From the NCBI GenBank assembly GCA_963843375.1, contig CAWJKT010000008.1, forward strand, positions 209,568 to 273,567: 64,000 bases of DNA, read 5' to 3'. The translations under genes were made by a program, and so were the position numbers. The stretch comes from an uncultured Pseudomonadota bacterium. GTDB lineage: Bacteria > Oederibacteriota > Muellerivitia > Muellerivitales > Muellerivitaceae. Numbering within the stretch: position 1 is the first letter of the stretch; each line of letters starts with the position of its first letter. This document shows, piece after piece, positions 40,937 to 50,832 of this stretch. The notes under the pieces were generated by a model, which saw nothing but the letters and a program-made list of their open reading frames with translations, was not told the origin of the DNA and did no database searches.

Positions 40937-43900
40937 TAGAAATCCTCCACTTCGCCCTTTTTGCGCTTATGTATCTTTACCGCGTCTTTCGCCTCAATGA
41001 TCTTATAAAGCGCCGGCATGACGATGAGAGTGAGAAAGGCCGAGGAGAAAAGGCCCCAGACCACCACCGTGGCGATGGGTCGTTGCACGTCCGAGCCCAC
41101 GTCGGTGGCGAGGGAAGCGGGGATCAGGCCGATGATGGCCACCAAGGCGGTCATCAAAACCGGGCGAAGCCGCAAGGTGGCTCCCTTGAGGATGGCAGCG
41201 TCGAGCCCCAAACCATCCTCTCGCAACTGGCTGATATAGCTGACCATTAGAACCCCGTGCATGGCCGCCACGCCAAACAGGCTAGTCATGCCCACCCCGG
41301 CCGAGACGCTCAAATGCATTCCCCTCACGTAAAGGGCGATCGTGCTGCCCACCATGGCGAAAGGGATCGCCAAAAGCACTAGCCCCGCTCGCAAGGGCGA
41401 ACCGAAAGTCAGGAAGAGGATAGCGAAGATGATCCCTACCGTCAGGGGGATCAAGAGGGCGAAATGTTTCTGCGCCCTTTCCAGGTTTTCGAAAAGACCC
41501 ATCCATTCCACCGAATAGCCGTCAGGGAGCGGGATTTCGGCGGCAAAGCGTTTCTTGGCCTCCGCCACGAAATCTCCCTGGGACCGGCCCCGGATGTCAC
41601 AGCGCACCGTCTGCCGACGTTTGCCATCTTCCCTCGCGATCTGAGTCTGGCCGTCCACCACTTTGATGTCCGCCACCTGGGCCAGGGGGATGGGCTCGGC
41701 ATTGGAGTTGAAGACGGCCAGCCGTCCTATCTTCTCGGGCGTGTCGATGAATTCCGGCGCATATTTGGTCTTGATGGAAAAGGACCTTTCCCCCTCCCAA
41801 AGCTGGCCCACCGGCAGGCCGCCTACAGCGGTGTTAATAACATTATTGACGTCGGCGATGGCCAAGCCGTAATGGGCTAGTTTGGACTTGTCGATGCGGA
41901 TCTGCAGTTCAGGCTGGGGCCCTTCCTGCTCGATGTTGACGTTGACGCTGCCCGGTATTTTTTTCAGCAGGTCCACCGTTTGTTCGCCCAAGTCGCGCAG
42001 TTTGACCAGGTCCGAGCTTTGGCCCCCGACGATTTCCACCGCCAGGTTGGCCGAGGTGCCATTGGTGTCCTCCGTGACGCTGTCGATGATGGGCTGGGTG
42101 AGATTGAAATGGGCCGTCGGGAACTCAGCTTCCAGCTTGGAGCGAATCGCGGCTTCCAGGTCCAACTTGTTGTGATAGTCCACCCACTGGTCCCGGGGCT
42201 GGAGGATGATGTCGAACTCGTTGCGGTCTGTGGGAAATGGATCGCTGCCCATGTCGTTGCGTCCGGTCTGGCTTGTGCAATATTTCACTTCCTTGAAGGA
42301 TCGCACGAGATCGCGGACCCGATTGGCGTAATAGTGGTTTTCCCTCAGGGAAATGCCTTCGGGGAAATTGCCCCTCAGCCAAAATCCCCCCTCATCCATG
42401 TAGGGCAGGAATTCAGTGCCCAGCCGAGGGAAGATTAGAAGCATGACCAGCGCGAAAAGCGTCACCGCGCTGAAGACCACCAGCCGGGAATGCTTGAGGA
42501 TTTGGGGGAGGATTCTGGAGTAAATTTTCAGGAACCAATCGAAAAGCGAGTGGGGTTTGACGGGATTGTTGCGGGAAAAGAAAAAGCTAGCCAGAACGGG
42601 GACTAGGTAAAGGGCGATCAAGAGCGCGCCCAGCAGGGCGAAGCAAAGGGTCATAGCCATGGGCCTAAAGAGAAGGCCCTCGATGTACTTGAGCGAAAGC
42701 AGCGGCAGGTAGGCCATGATGACGATGATCATGGAGAAGATCATGGGCTTCTGGACTTGCTCCGAAGCCTCCAGGATTTCCTTGTCCTTGTCCCCCTTGT
42801 GGATCATCAGGTGGCGCACGATGTTTTCGGTGACGATGATGGCGCCATCCACGATGATGCCGAAGTCGATGGAGCCGATGGAAAGCAAGCTGATGGGGAT
42901 GCCGGTGAGCTTCATCAGAATGAGGGCGAAAAGAAGGGCCAGGGGAATAGTTAGGGCCACGATGAGGGCGATGCGGCGGCTTCCCAGGAAAAGGAAAAGG
43001 ACCAGAACCACCAGAAGGATGCCCTCGGCAGTATTGCGGAATACCGTATGGAGGGTTTGATTGATGAGGGTGCGGCGATTATAGAAGTTGTTCAGGTGTA
43101 CGTTTTTGGGAAGAAGGGTACTGTTGATTTCTTCCACCGCCTCTTCGATATTCTTCAGGGTTGCAGAAGGGTTGGCCCCCCGCCGCATTACCACGATGCC
43201 TTCCACCGAATCCGAGTCGTTGTTGATACCGAAGATACCCGTCTGTTCCAGGTGGTCGATGGCTACCTGCCCCACGTCCCGGACGAAGACGTTGGTACCG
43301 TTGGAATTCTTGATAAAGATATTGGCCAGATCCCGGTAGTCCAGAATGTTGCCCAGGGATCGGATGACGATGGCGGTGCTGCCCCGCTGCAGCATGCTTC
43401 CCCCGCCGTTGGAATTGTTGGCCTGGACCGCCGTCATGACGTCGTTCAGGGCCACCCCATACTTGAGCATTTTGTTGGGGTCGAGTTGGATGGCGTATTG
43501 CTTGCCCAGCCCACCGAAATTATCCACCTCGGCCACGCCGTCGGCGCGCATCAGGCGCGGGGTGCAGACCCAGTCGTTGAGCTCGCGCAGTTTGATGGGC
43601 GTGTCGCCCGTCAGCTGGTAGCGGTAAATTTCGCCATAGGCAGTGTCCAAGGCCTGCATCTGGGCCTGGGCTCCGGGGGAAGCGTCGCGTTGCCCACCAT
43701 CTGGAACACCTGGTCCCGGGCCCAGTAATCATCGACGTAAGCGTCGAAGGTCACCATCACGTCCGAGAGGCCAAAGATTGTGCGCGAACGGATGACCTGT
43801 TTGTGGGGAACCCCGGCCAAAGCCAGTTCCAGAGGAATGGTGACTTGCCTTTCCACGTCCTCGGCACCGAAGCCGGGATAAGTAGTAATCATTTCCACCT

Positions 43901-44036
43901 GCACGCTGGAGATGTCCGGATAGGCGTCGATGTTCATCTGGGTAAAGCAATAGACCCCGATGCCAGCCAGTAGAATGGCCACGACCACCACACCCCAGCG
44001 GTTTTTGAGGGCCCAAATGACGGTTCGGTGGATCAT
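40936..44036 (-). CDS. CusA/CzcA-family (HME) RND pump 2; frameshift near 43676
   Basis: IDAYPDIS, VERQVTIPLE, DFGIIVDGAIIVTEN, EFLPYMDEG, RLRPVLMTA, GSDVQRP. Confidence 0.95.
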
Positions 44037-44887
44037 GGTTTCATCTCCGAATCACCCGCGCCCAGTCCCTGGATTTTCAATAACCGATGGAGGATGGGTT
44101 TAAGCAGAATCGAACCCCGGCTGACGATGTTTTCCCCGGGAGTAATTTTGCCAATGACCAAAACCGAATCCCCTTGAGTGTCCAAGACATAAACGGGCCG
44201 CGGAAAATACTGGCCCTTCGCCACTTCCTGCAGCAGGTATTCCTGGCGGCCCTCGTGTAAAAGCGCAGTCGAGGGAACCAACAGGGGCTTGGAGCCAAGC
44301 ATGGGAAAATCCACGACGCAATTAGCGCCCGGGTACCAGTCCTGTCCGTTCTGGATCTTGAACACCACCTGAATCGGGGCCCCCGAAACGGTCATCCCGT
44401 TGACCTTGGGTTGTTGGATGGAAATAACCGTCGCACTGGTTTTGGAGGCCAAAAGTCCGTAGCGGGAAATCTGGACACTCTCGAAAGCCTTGATCTGGCT
44501 GAGGTATTCGTCGGGCAGGGTGACCACACCATAAGCGTCGCCCACCTGGGCCTTCATGTGGCTGTCGAAATGGAAGCCAAGGGAATTGGAGAGGTCCTCG
44601 TCCAATTCCACCCAGGAAATTCTAGAGCCTACCAATTGATCCGAGTCATTGGCCAGCGCGATGATTTGTCCCACCACCCGCAGGTCCTGGGTTTGGGAAT
44701 TGGAGGGGGGGACGGGGGAAATTTCCAGGTACTTCAGCATAGGGGAACTGAGGTCGAGGTTGATGATATTTCCCTTGAGGGAAAAAACCGATTCCGGATC
44801 CACCGGCGCTTCCTCATGGCGGCCACAGCCACAAGAAACCAAAATGCACATCAGAACTAAAAGAGAATTAATCCCCTGTCGGATCAC
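44033..44887 (-). CDS. RND periplasmic adaptor (MFP) 2, short lipoprotein
   Basis: Lipobox-like VSC/CGC; VPSTALL, GI.PGE.IVSRG C-terminal motifs; coupled to both neighbours. Confidence 0.8.
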   Translation of the reverse strand: MIRQGINSLLVLMCILVSCGCGRHEEAPVDPESVFSLKGNIINLDLSSPMLKYLEISPVPPSNSQTQDLRVVGQIIALANDSDQLVGSRISWVELDEDLSNSLGFHFDSHMKAQVGDAYGVVTLPDEYLSQIKAFESVQISRYGLLASKTSATVISIQQPKVNGMTVSGAPIQVVFKIQNGQDWYPGANCVVDFPMLGSKPLLVPSTALLHEGRQEYLLQEVAKGQYFPRPVYVLDTQGDSVLVIGKITPGENIVSRGSILLKPILHRLLKIQGLGAGDSEMKP

Positions 44888-46257
44888 GGAAGGATGTCCT
44901 TCCCCACCGAGGCGTCGATCATGGCCAAGTCGTTGCGGTAGCTTCCCACCGTGGTGTAATAGGAAATTAAAACGCTGTTATAGGCTTCCATGGCGTCGAA
45001 ATAGTCCAACAGGTCCATGTTGCCCGTCCCAAAAAGTTTTTGCTGTTCGTCACGGACCTTGCGGGCGTTGTTGATCTGCTTGCCCTCGAAGTCCATGATG
45101 AGGTCGTGGTCGATCTTCAACTGGGCTAATTCGTCCCCGATTCCCTGCCGGATGGAAAGGTCCAAGGATTCAATTTGTTTTTGGGTTTGCTCCCCCGTGA
45201 GGTCGGCCACCTTCACCAAACCCTGGTTCTGGTTGAACAGGGGAAAAGGGATATTCAAGGCCAGGTCCCAGGAATAACCCGCCGGGATAGGCGCGGAAGC
45301 GCCGTCGGGGCTTCCGTCGGTGGGACCTTGTCGGCTGACTTCGGCAGTGAGGCTCACATCCTGCCAGGATTGGTTTTCGGCCAGCTTGCGGTCCAGTTGG
45401 GTTTTCTCCTGGGTCAATTGAAGCGCCCGCAAATCAGGCCGGTTCTTAAGGGCCTGGGCAATGACGTGGTCCTTATCCGGAACATCCACCATTTCGAATG
45501 GCCTCAATTCGGTCGTGGCCTTGAAAACCGTGGTTTGGGGAAGGCGGCCCAATTGGATGGCCAGAAGGGTTTTTGCGCTGCGGAGGTTGTTTTCATTCTG
45601 CCGCAAATCAATCAGGGACTGGTCCCGGGCCAATTGGGCCCGCATTAAAAGCAGCGGCTGGGCCTTAATGATCCCGATGCGGTTTTCGATCACATGGACT
45701 AGTTTTTCGTAGTTATCAGCCCTTTCCTGGTACAAATCCACGAGATGCTGCTGGGTGACCACGTTAATGTAGTCCTGGCGGATGAGGAGGATTTTCTGCC
45801 GCAGGGCGTCCTGGAACAGGACCTTGGCGATCCCCGTGGCCGCTTGGGCGTCTTTTTTTCCCAATCCGTATTTATTACTTAAGTCCAGTGGAATGGAGAA
45901 CCCGGCGTCAAACTGGCGGGGCCCCCCCGCGTTAGTTTGGTCCCAATTGGCTGCGAAGGGTTCGAAGATGGTGTCCAGGAGAAGCGAGGGATTCCCAGGA
46001 AGTCCGGCGGTCAGTTCGTTGGCTTGAGCGATGGGTATATTATACTGAGCCGCCATCAGGTCCAAATTATGGTGGACTCCTTCCTCCACGGCCTGTTCCA
46101 GGGATAATTCAACGGGGCCGCCGGTGACCACATCGCTATCGTAAGAGTTTACCGTTACCGCTTTAGACGGCTGAGTTGGTGTCCCTTCTTGGGCGAAAGT
46201 CCATTGCGATCCAAAGATCCCGCACAGGGCGATCCAGAGATAAAACCGAAACTTCAT
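44884..46257 (-). CDS. TolC/CzcC-family outer membrane factor 2
   Basis: Start MKFRF after GGGAGG; LSLEQAV...N.DL, AL.NRPDL, IPFPLFNQNQG, G..DLLD..DA. Confidence 0.92.
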   Translation of the reverse strand: MKFRFYLWIALCGIFGSQWTFAQEGTPTQPSKAVTVNSYDSDVVTGGPVELSLEQAVEEGVHHNLDLMAAQYNIPIAQANELTAGLPGNPSLLLDTIFEPFAANWDQTNAGGPRQFDAGFSIPLDLSNKYGLGKKDAQAATGIAKVLFQDALRQKILLIRQDYINVVTQQHLVDLYQERADNYEKLVHVIENRIGIIKAQPLLLMRAQLARDQSLIDLRQNENNLRSAKTLLAIQLGRLPQTTVFKATTELRPFEMVDVPDKDHVIAQALKNRPDLRALQLTQEKTQLDRKLAENQSWQDVSLTAEVSRQGPTDGSPDGASAPIPAGYSWDLALNIPFPLFNQNQGLVKVADLTGEQTQKQIESLDLSIRQGIGDELAQLKIDHDLIMDFEGKQINNARKVRDEQQKLFGTGNMDLLDYFDAMEAYNSVLISYYTTVGSYRNDLAMIDASVGKDILP

Positions 46258-46366
46258 TCTTTCCTCCCGGCAGAGTCCGGTGATTCCACCAAAATTTTTA
46301 AGAGTCGGATAGATAAAAGTAATAAATTTACCCCGTCTTAACAGGACCCCGAACGCCTGAAAGGGA

Positions 46367-46399
46367 TTGCCAATAGTAATATACCCCCCTATACTATAT
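46367..46399 (+). promoter_or_regulatory. Repressor-gene promoter overlapped by a CsoR/RcnR-family operator
   Basis: TTGCCA-N17-TATACT; ATAGTA-ATATA-CCCCCC-TA-TACTAT, a C6 tract flanked by AT-rich inverted repeats, between the divergent tolC and repressor genes. Confidence 0.8.
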
Positions 46400-46443
46400 T
46401 TCAAGTCCAAACTTGAGGAACACTCATGAATTAAGGAGGATCG

Positions 46444-46722
46444 ATGTCCCATACCATCAAGGACAAGCATAAACTTTTACACCGGGTGAACCGCATCCAA
46501 GGCCAGATTGGGGCGGTTGAAAAAATGCTGCAAAGGGATGAGGATTGTTCCCTCATTCTTCGCACGATCGCGTCCTGCGGGGGGGCCTTGAACGGCCTTT
46601 TGGCCGAAATCTTGGAGGAACACATCCGTCAACACATCTTGGATCCCAAACACAAGCCGACGCCCGATCAAATCAGCTCCATCGAGGAACTTATCGACGT
46701 CGTCAAGGCCTACATCAAGTAA
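46444..46722 (+). CDS. rcnR: Ni/Co-sensing repressor, CsoR/RcnR family
   Basis: MSHT start, R..RI.GQ, His3-Cys35-His60-His64 fingerprint as in E. coli RcnR. Confidence 0.88.
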   Translation: MSHTIKDKHKLLHRVNRIQGQIGAVEKMLQRDEDCSLILRTIASCGGALNGLLAEILEEHIRQHILDPKHKPTPDQISSIEELIDVVKAYIK

Positions 46723-46735
46723 GGAAAAAAACAGC

Positions 46736-46996
46736 CTAAATTTCTTTCAGGATTTCGATTTGGGAAAAACGTGGCCGATCGGCTTTGGCCACCGACCGGG
46801 CGGCGGGTATTTCTAATACCTTTATTCGAATTTCTTTTTGAGGGAGAAGGACATCCAGATTTTCGCCCCCCTCAAGGACATGGGAGGGTTTCAAGCTTTT
46901 TCCACCCAGGAGGACATTGCCCATATCGCACAGCCTCTTGGCGGCCATGCGGGTCTTCGAAACCCCAATCAGCTTAAGGTAGAGGTCAATTCTCAG
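46736..46996 (-). CDS. S4-domain RNA-binding protein (YabO/RqcP/Hsp15-like)
   Basis: Frame extends upstream of the listed ATG: (L)RIDLYLKLIGVSKTRMAAKRLCD.G.V...KPS; CTG start at 46996 after GAGGG. Confidence 0.85.
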   Translation of the reverse strand: MRIDLYLKLIGVSKTRMAAKRLCDMGNVLLGGKSLKPSHVLEGGENLDVLLPQKEIRIKVLEIPAARSVAKADRPRFSQIEILKEI

Positions 46997-47026
46997 TCCG
47001 TTTCCCTCGTTTAAATAGCAATCAGA

Positions 47027-47062
47027 ACCACGACCTATTGGCCTTCAGCCAATAGTCGTGGT
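47027..47062. terminator. Strong stem-loop after the SurA-barrel gene
   Basis: ACCACGAC(C)TATTGGC-cttca-GCCAATAGTCGTGGT, 15 bp with one bulge; the U-tract is weak. Confidence 0.55.
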
Positions 47063-47081
47063 CAACTGTTTTTTAGGGGTC

Positions 47082-48944
47082 TTAGTCCCCTTTGTCGATG
47101 TAAAACCTCACCCCTAATCCGACATTGATTCCCGAAAAATCAATCGCCGCGTCGCTACCGTCGCTATTGGTCAAAGGCGAGGGGAAACTAGCAACCGGGC
47201 CTTCATTGTTAACCGTCAGATTCGAATTAATACGGTCGAATTTCAACACCCGGTATCCCACCTGCAAGTCAAGAGCCGAGTCCTTTTGGTTGTCGAAAAA
47301 GAATTCCACCGCAGCAGCGGCCTGCCCGCCAAATCCGGACCCGGAAAAATTGGTGTTTTCCGTCACCGCAGAGCCCGAGATGGTCACCCCTGCTCCCACG
47401 AGGAAGTAATAACCTCCCCCGGCAGAAAGGATGAAATTAGTGCTTTCATCCAGGGGAATCAGGAGGTTTGCTTCCAGTCCTGGCCCCGCAGCAGTTGCGG
47501 ACCAATCCTCGCTATAGCTGGCGGCGTTGGTGGGAGAGAAGTTGACCGTTTCCCCGAACTTTTTCAAGCCCTCAAGGCTGATCCCCAATTGGAGGGCGGG
47601 ATCAAACGAATAGTCCACATTGAGATGCAAGCCGAAACCAAAAGGAAAGCCCTGTTGCGTGTTGACGGAAGGCCCATAGTAGTCGGCCAAATCCTCCGTC
47701 GCGAACGAGAACCCCTCCGTCCCAAAACCAAAGGTGAAGCTGTCGGGACTGGGCAAGGTAGGATAAATATCCGCTGACTCTGAAGAATTATTGGTACTTT
47801 CGGTGATGGGGGCGGAAGAAACGACCGCTTGATTGCCCTCGGTTGGCGGAGCCGGGGGAGCATTGGTGGTGTTCGGAGCGGGGGCTTGGGCGGGCCCATT
47901 CGCCGGTTTCGGTGCGCTTTCTTCAGGGGCGGGCGCGTGATAAACCACCACTTGGCCGTCTTCCACGATATAGGCGTCCTTCTTCAAACCCTCAATCCAT
48001 TGGTTAAATGCGGAATCTTGTTTTTGTTTGCGCAGATGATCTTTAATATCGGGGGCGACAGAATCGTAATCGGCCGTTCCTTTATGTTCCACTTTGACGA
48101 TGTAAATGCCGTCATCCGCGTAGACCAAGCCCATTTCATTGGGGCGAATGCTAAAAATACCATCGGCCAGTTTGGGATTCAAATCCACCCGGTACATGGG
48201 TTCCATTTGGCCGCCTTTTTCGGCAGAACCCGCGTCTTCCGAATACTTCTTGGCAAAGGCGCCGAAATCCGCCCCTCCTTTGAGCTGCGCCAGGATGCTT
48301 TTGGCCTGCTTCTCCACTTCTTGCTTGTAAGCGAGGGTGGATTTGGGCGGGATGCGGAAAAGAATGATGGAAAACTTGACCTGCTCGTAATCTTTGGGGT
48401 GCTGATCAAAATAGTCCCGGACCTCCTCATCGGTCACAAAGGCCGTCTGGGGAAGGTCATGTTGTTTCATTTGAAGGATCCGGTTGGCCTTGACTCGCCG
48501 CAACATCTGGTCGTGGATGTCCTGTTTCAAATCCTCCAGGCTGATGCCCTCTTTTTTCAGCGCGTCCTGGAAATCCTGATCGGTGACGTAGCGTTTCTTC
48601 ATATTCGATATTTCCTCATCGACATGGTGGTCCACATCCCCGTCCTCAATCTCGACTTTTTCCCGGTCCGCTTCCTCGGCCATAAGGACTTCCCGGATAA
48701 AGCCATCCAACACCTCTTTTTTGGCCTGTTCGTAATCGGCGGTTCCCGGGGCGGGAACTTTGATTCCTTGTGCCGTGAAAATCGCGTCGATGGCCTCGTC
48801 CAGTTCTCCCCGGGTCATGGCTTCCTGGTCCACCACGAGGATGATCTCATCTACCGTTTTCGGAGCCGGCGTGGCCGCCAAACTGGAGCCGGCTAGGCCC
48901 AAGACCGCCAGGATCAAACACAATGGCATCCATTTATTCGTCAC
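47082..48944 (-). CDS. SurA-like chaperone/parvulin PPIase fused to a C-terminal outer-membrane beta-barrel
   Basis: Signal peptide, VDEI..VV SurA N-domain, GADF...AKKYSED..SA.KGG parvulin, Pro/Thr linker, then amphipathic beta-strands ending GINVGLGVRFY. Confidence 0.85.
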   Translation of the reverse strand: MTNKWMPLCLILAVLGLAGSSLAATPAPKTVDEIILVVDQEAMTRGELDEAIDAIFTAQGIKVPAPGTADYEQAKKEVLDGFIREVLMAEEADREKVEIEDGDVDHHVDEEISNMKKRYVTDQDFQDALKKEGISLEDLKQDIHDQMLRRVKANRILQMKQHDLPQTAFVTDEEVRDYFDQHPKDYEQVKFSIILFRIPPKSTLAYKQEVEKQAKSILAQLKGGADFGAFAKKYSEDAGSAEKGGQMEPMYRVDLNPKLADGIFSIRPNEMGLVYADDGIYIVKVEHKGTADYDSVAPDIKDHLRKQKQDSAFNQWIEGLKKDAYIVEDGQVVVYHAPAPEESAPKPANGPAQAPAPNTTNAPPAPPTEGNQAVVSSAPITESTNNSSESADIYPTLPSPDSFTFGFGTEGFSFATEDLADYYGPSVNTQQGFPFGFGLHLNVDYSFDPALQLGISLEGLKKFGETVNFSPTNAASYSEDWSATAAGPGLEANLLIPLDESTNFILSAGGGYYFLVGAGVTISGSAVTENTNFSGSGFGGQAAAAVEFFFDNQKDSALDLQVGYRVLKFDRINSNLTVNNEGPVASFPSPLTNSDGSDAAIDFSGINVGLGVRFYIDKGD

Positions 48945-49923
48945 GCAAATCCTCCAGGGTGACCCCGATCATCGGGGCCATGTCTTTATTTACTTTGATC
49001 GTCGATTTTTTCTTCAACTCCGTCATCCACTGGTCAAAACGAAGGTCTTGTTCCTCTTTCGTTAAGTCGTCGTGAATTTGATCCTTCACTTCGGCAAAAG
49101 GACGCATTTGGCGGTTGCGCCTCTCGATTAATTGAAACAAATGATACCCAAAATTATCCTTAAGAGGCTTTGAAATCTCCTCCGGCTTGAGGCTTGATAT
49201 AACCTTGAGATACTCGGCGGGCAGGCGGTCCGAATCCATGAAACCCCAGTCCCCTCCCTGGGACTTTTCGGGGCCGACGGAAAAGGTGGAGATAATCTTC
49301 GGAAAGTCCTCGCCCTTTTTCAAGCTATCGAGGACCTTTTGCAGGTCTCCTTTCTTTTGCACGACCAAATGCCTTACCCGAACCTCTTGGGGCCTCCAAT
49401 AATTCGAAAGATGAGTCCAATAGTAATTTTCCACTTCTTCCGGCGTGATTTGGACCTTGGAATTCACTTCCAAATCCACCACCTTGCTGGCCAGTTTTTC
49501 CTGGAGCATCTTGCGCTTCCATACATCCCGGCTGATGCCCTGCACCTTGAGAACTGCCCAAAAATCCTCCGGCACGTCCTTGAGGGCGTCCTGGAAAGCC
49601 CCGTCGACTTCCGACGGAGTCATTGTCAAGCCCACTTTCCGGGCTTCTTGGATGAGAAGCCTTCGGTTGATCACCTGTTCGAATAGCCGCCGCTTGATGG
49701 CGCGCATATCGCCCTCACTCACGGCGCTGTAATGGATCTGCATCAAGCGGAATTCGTTGTCGAATTCCTCGAGGGAAAGAGGCTCTCCATTGACGGTTAC
49801 CACCGTCTTATCCGGCGGGACGCTGGGCGGGACCAAGTCCACGGTGGGCTCGGAAGTGCAGCCTACCCCCCATAAGCAAAAAGCTGTCGCCGCCATGAAT
49901 TTCCAGATCGGGGAAACCAACAT
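48934..49923 (-). CDS. SurA/PrsA-like parvulin PPIase, lipoprotein
   Basis: Lipobox GVGC; VNGEP, LL.QEARK.G, V.VRHL, GEDF, GGDWG, GYHL. Confidence 0.9.
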   Translation of the reverse strand: MLVSPIWKFMAATAFCLWGVGCTSEPTVDLVPPSVPPDKTVVTVNGEPLSLEEFDNEFRLMQIHYSAVSEGDMRAIKRRLFEQVINRRLLIQEARKVGLTMTPSEVDGAFQDALKDVPEDFWAVLKVQGISRDVWKRKMLQEKLASKVVDLEVNSKVQITPEEVENYYWTHLSNYWRPQEVRVRHLVVQKKGDLQKVLDSLKKGEDFPKIISTFSVGPEKSQGGDWGFMDSDRLPAEYLKVISSLKPEEISKPLKDNFGYHLFQLIERRNRQMRPFAEVKDQIHDDLTKEEQDLRFDQWMTELKKKSTIKVNKDMAPMIGVTLEDLRDE

Positions 49924-49947
49924 TCCACCGTCTCGGCGGAGTGACGT

Positions 49948-50736
49948 TTACGGGTTATTGGCGTCCTTCTTGTCCGCGCCTTTGCTGTTGTCCGGGGGGA
50001 GACTAGAATCATCCGAGCCCAACATTTTTTCGCTGATCGACAGGCTGGCAAGGTATTTATCAATCACGTCTGTTTTCCGGTCAATGGGAGTCGCGGCGGT
50101 CAGGTCTTTAATAAACTTTTCCGCCTGGACGCTGGGCTTGATCTTCTCGTTGATTATTTTTTCGGACAGCTTGGAGAAGGGGGGGAGCGATTGTCCAGCC
50201 TGCTTTGCCTGAAGGCTATAATCGTCGTACCAATCCCGTAAGTCCTTGTCGGTGACAACCACGTCGCCCACCTTGGTATTAGCGTATTGCCTGGCCAAAA
50301 GCATTTTTTTATAGGGGTCTTGGTAGTTTTTCTCGATACGTTGGAGGGTTTGCATGTCTTTCTCGAGTTTGTCCTTGATCTCCTTCAATTTCAAATCGGC
50401 TTCCAGTAGTTTTTTCTTCAGGCCCTCGTCAAAGGTCCCATCGGAATAATGGTCCTTCTGCGCGGCGCCCAAAACCACCTGCTGGTCAATCAGGCTGTCC
50501 AGGACGGCTTTCACCTGATCTTTGTTGTCCGGATCAATCGGGGTGGCGAATACCCGCAACAGGTCCATTTGCCTCATCCAATCCTTAAAGGTGATGTTGT
50601 GGTCGCCCACTACGGCTACGACCGTATCATCCGCGACACCGGCGGGATTGCTGTACTTGCTACAAGCCCAACCTGCCACGAACAAAAGCACGGCGGCAGT
50701 GGAATAGAAAAAAACATTCTTTAATTGCGAAAGCAT
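49948..50736 (-). CDS. SurA N-terminal-domain lipoprotein without a parvulin domain
   Basis: Lipobox GWAC; VVAVVGD..IT, LDSLIDQ..V...A, VTD.DL..WY; no PPIase motifs. Confidence 0.7.
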   Translation of the reverse strand: MLSQLKNVFFYSTAAVLLFVAGWACSKYSNPAGVADDTVVAVVGDHNITFKDWMRQMDLLRVFATPIDPDNKDQVKAVLDSLIDQQVVLGAAQKDHYSDGTFDEGLKKKLLEADLKLKEIKDKLEKDMQTLQRIEKNYQDPYKKMLLARQYANTKVGDVVVTDKDLRDWYDDYSLQAKQAGQSLPPFSKLSEKIINEKIKPSVQAEKFIKDLTAATPIDRKTDVIDKYLASLSISEKMLGSDDSSLPPDNSKGADKKDANNP

Positions 50737-50832
50737 GGGAACTCCCTCTCTTTTTAATGAAATAAAATCGGTCAAAAGAAGGCGGTATGGTAGCACGGCC
50801 CCTTGGGTGCCGCAAGACCAACAATTGACGGG

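Noticed and set aside
46258..46366. NiCo or yybP-ykoY riboswitch in the tolC 2 leader
   Set aside because: No recognisable conserved motifs; the RcnR operator explains regulation.
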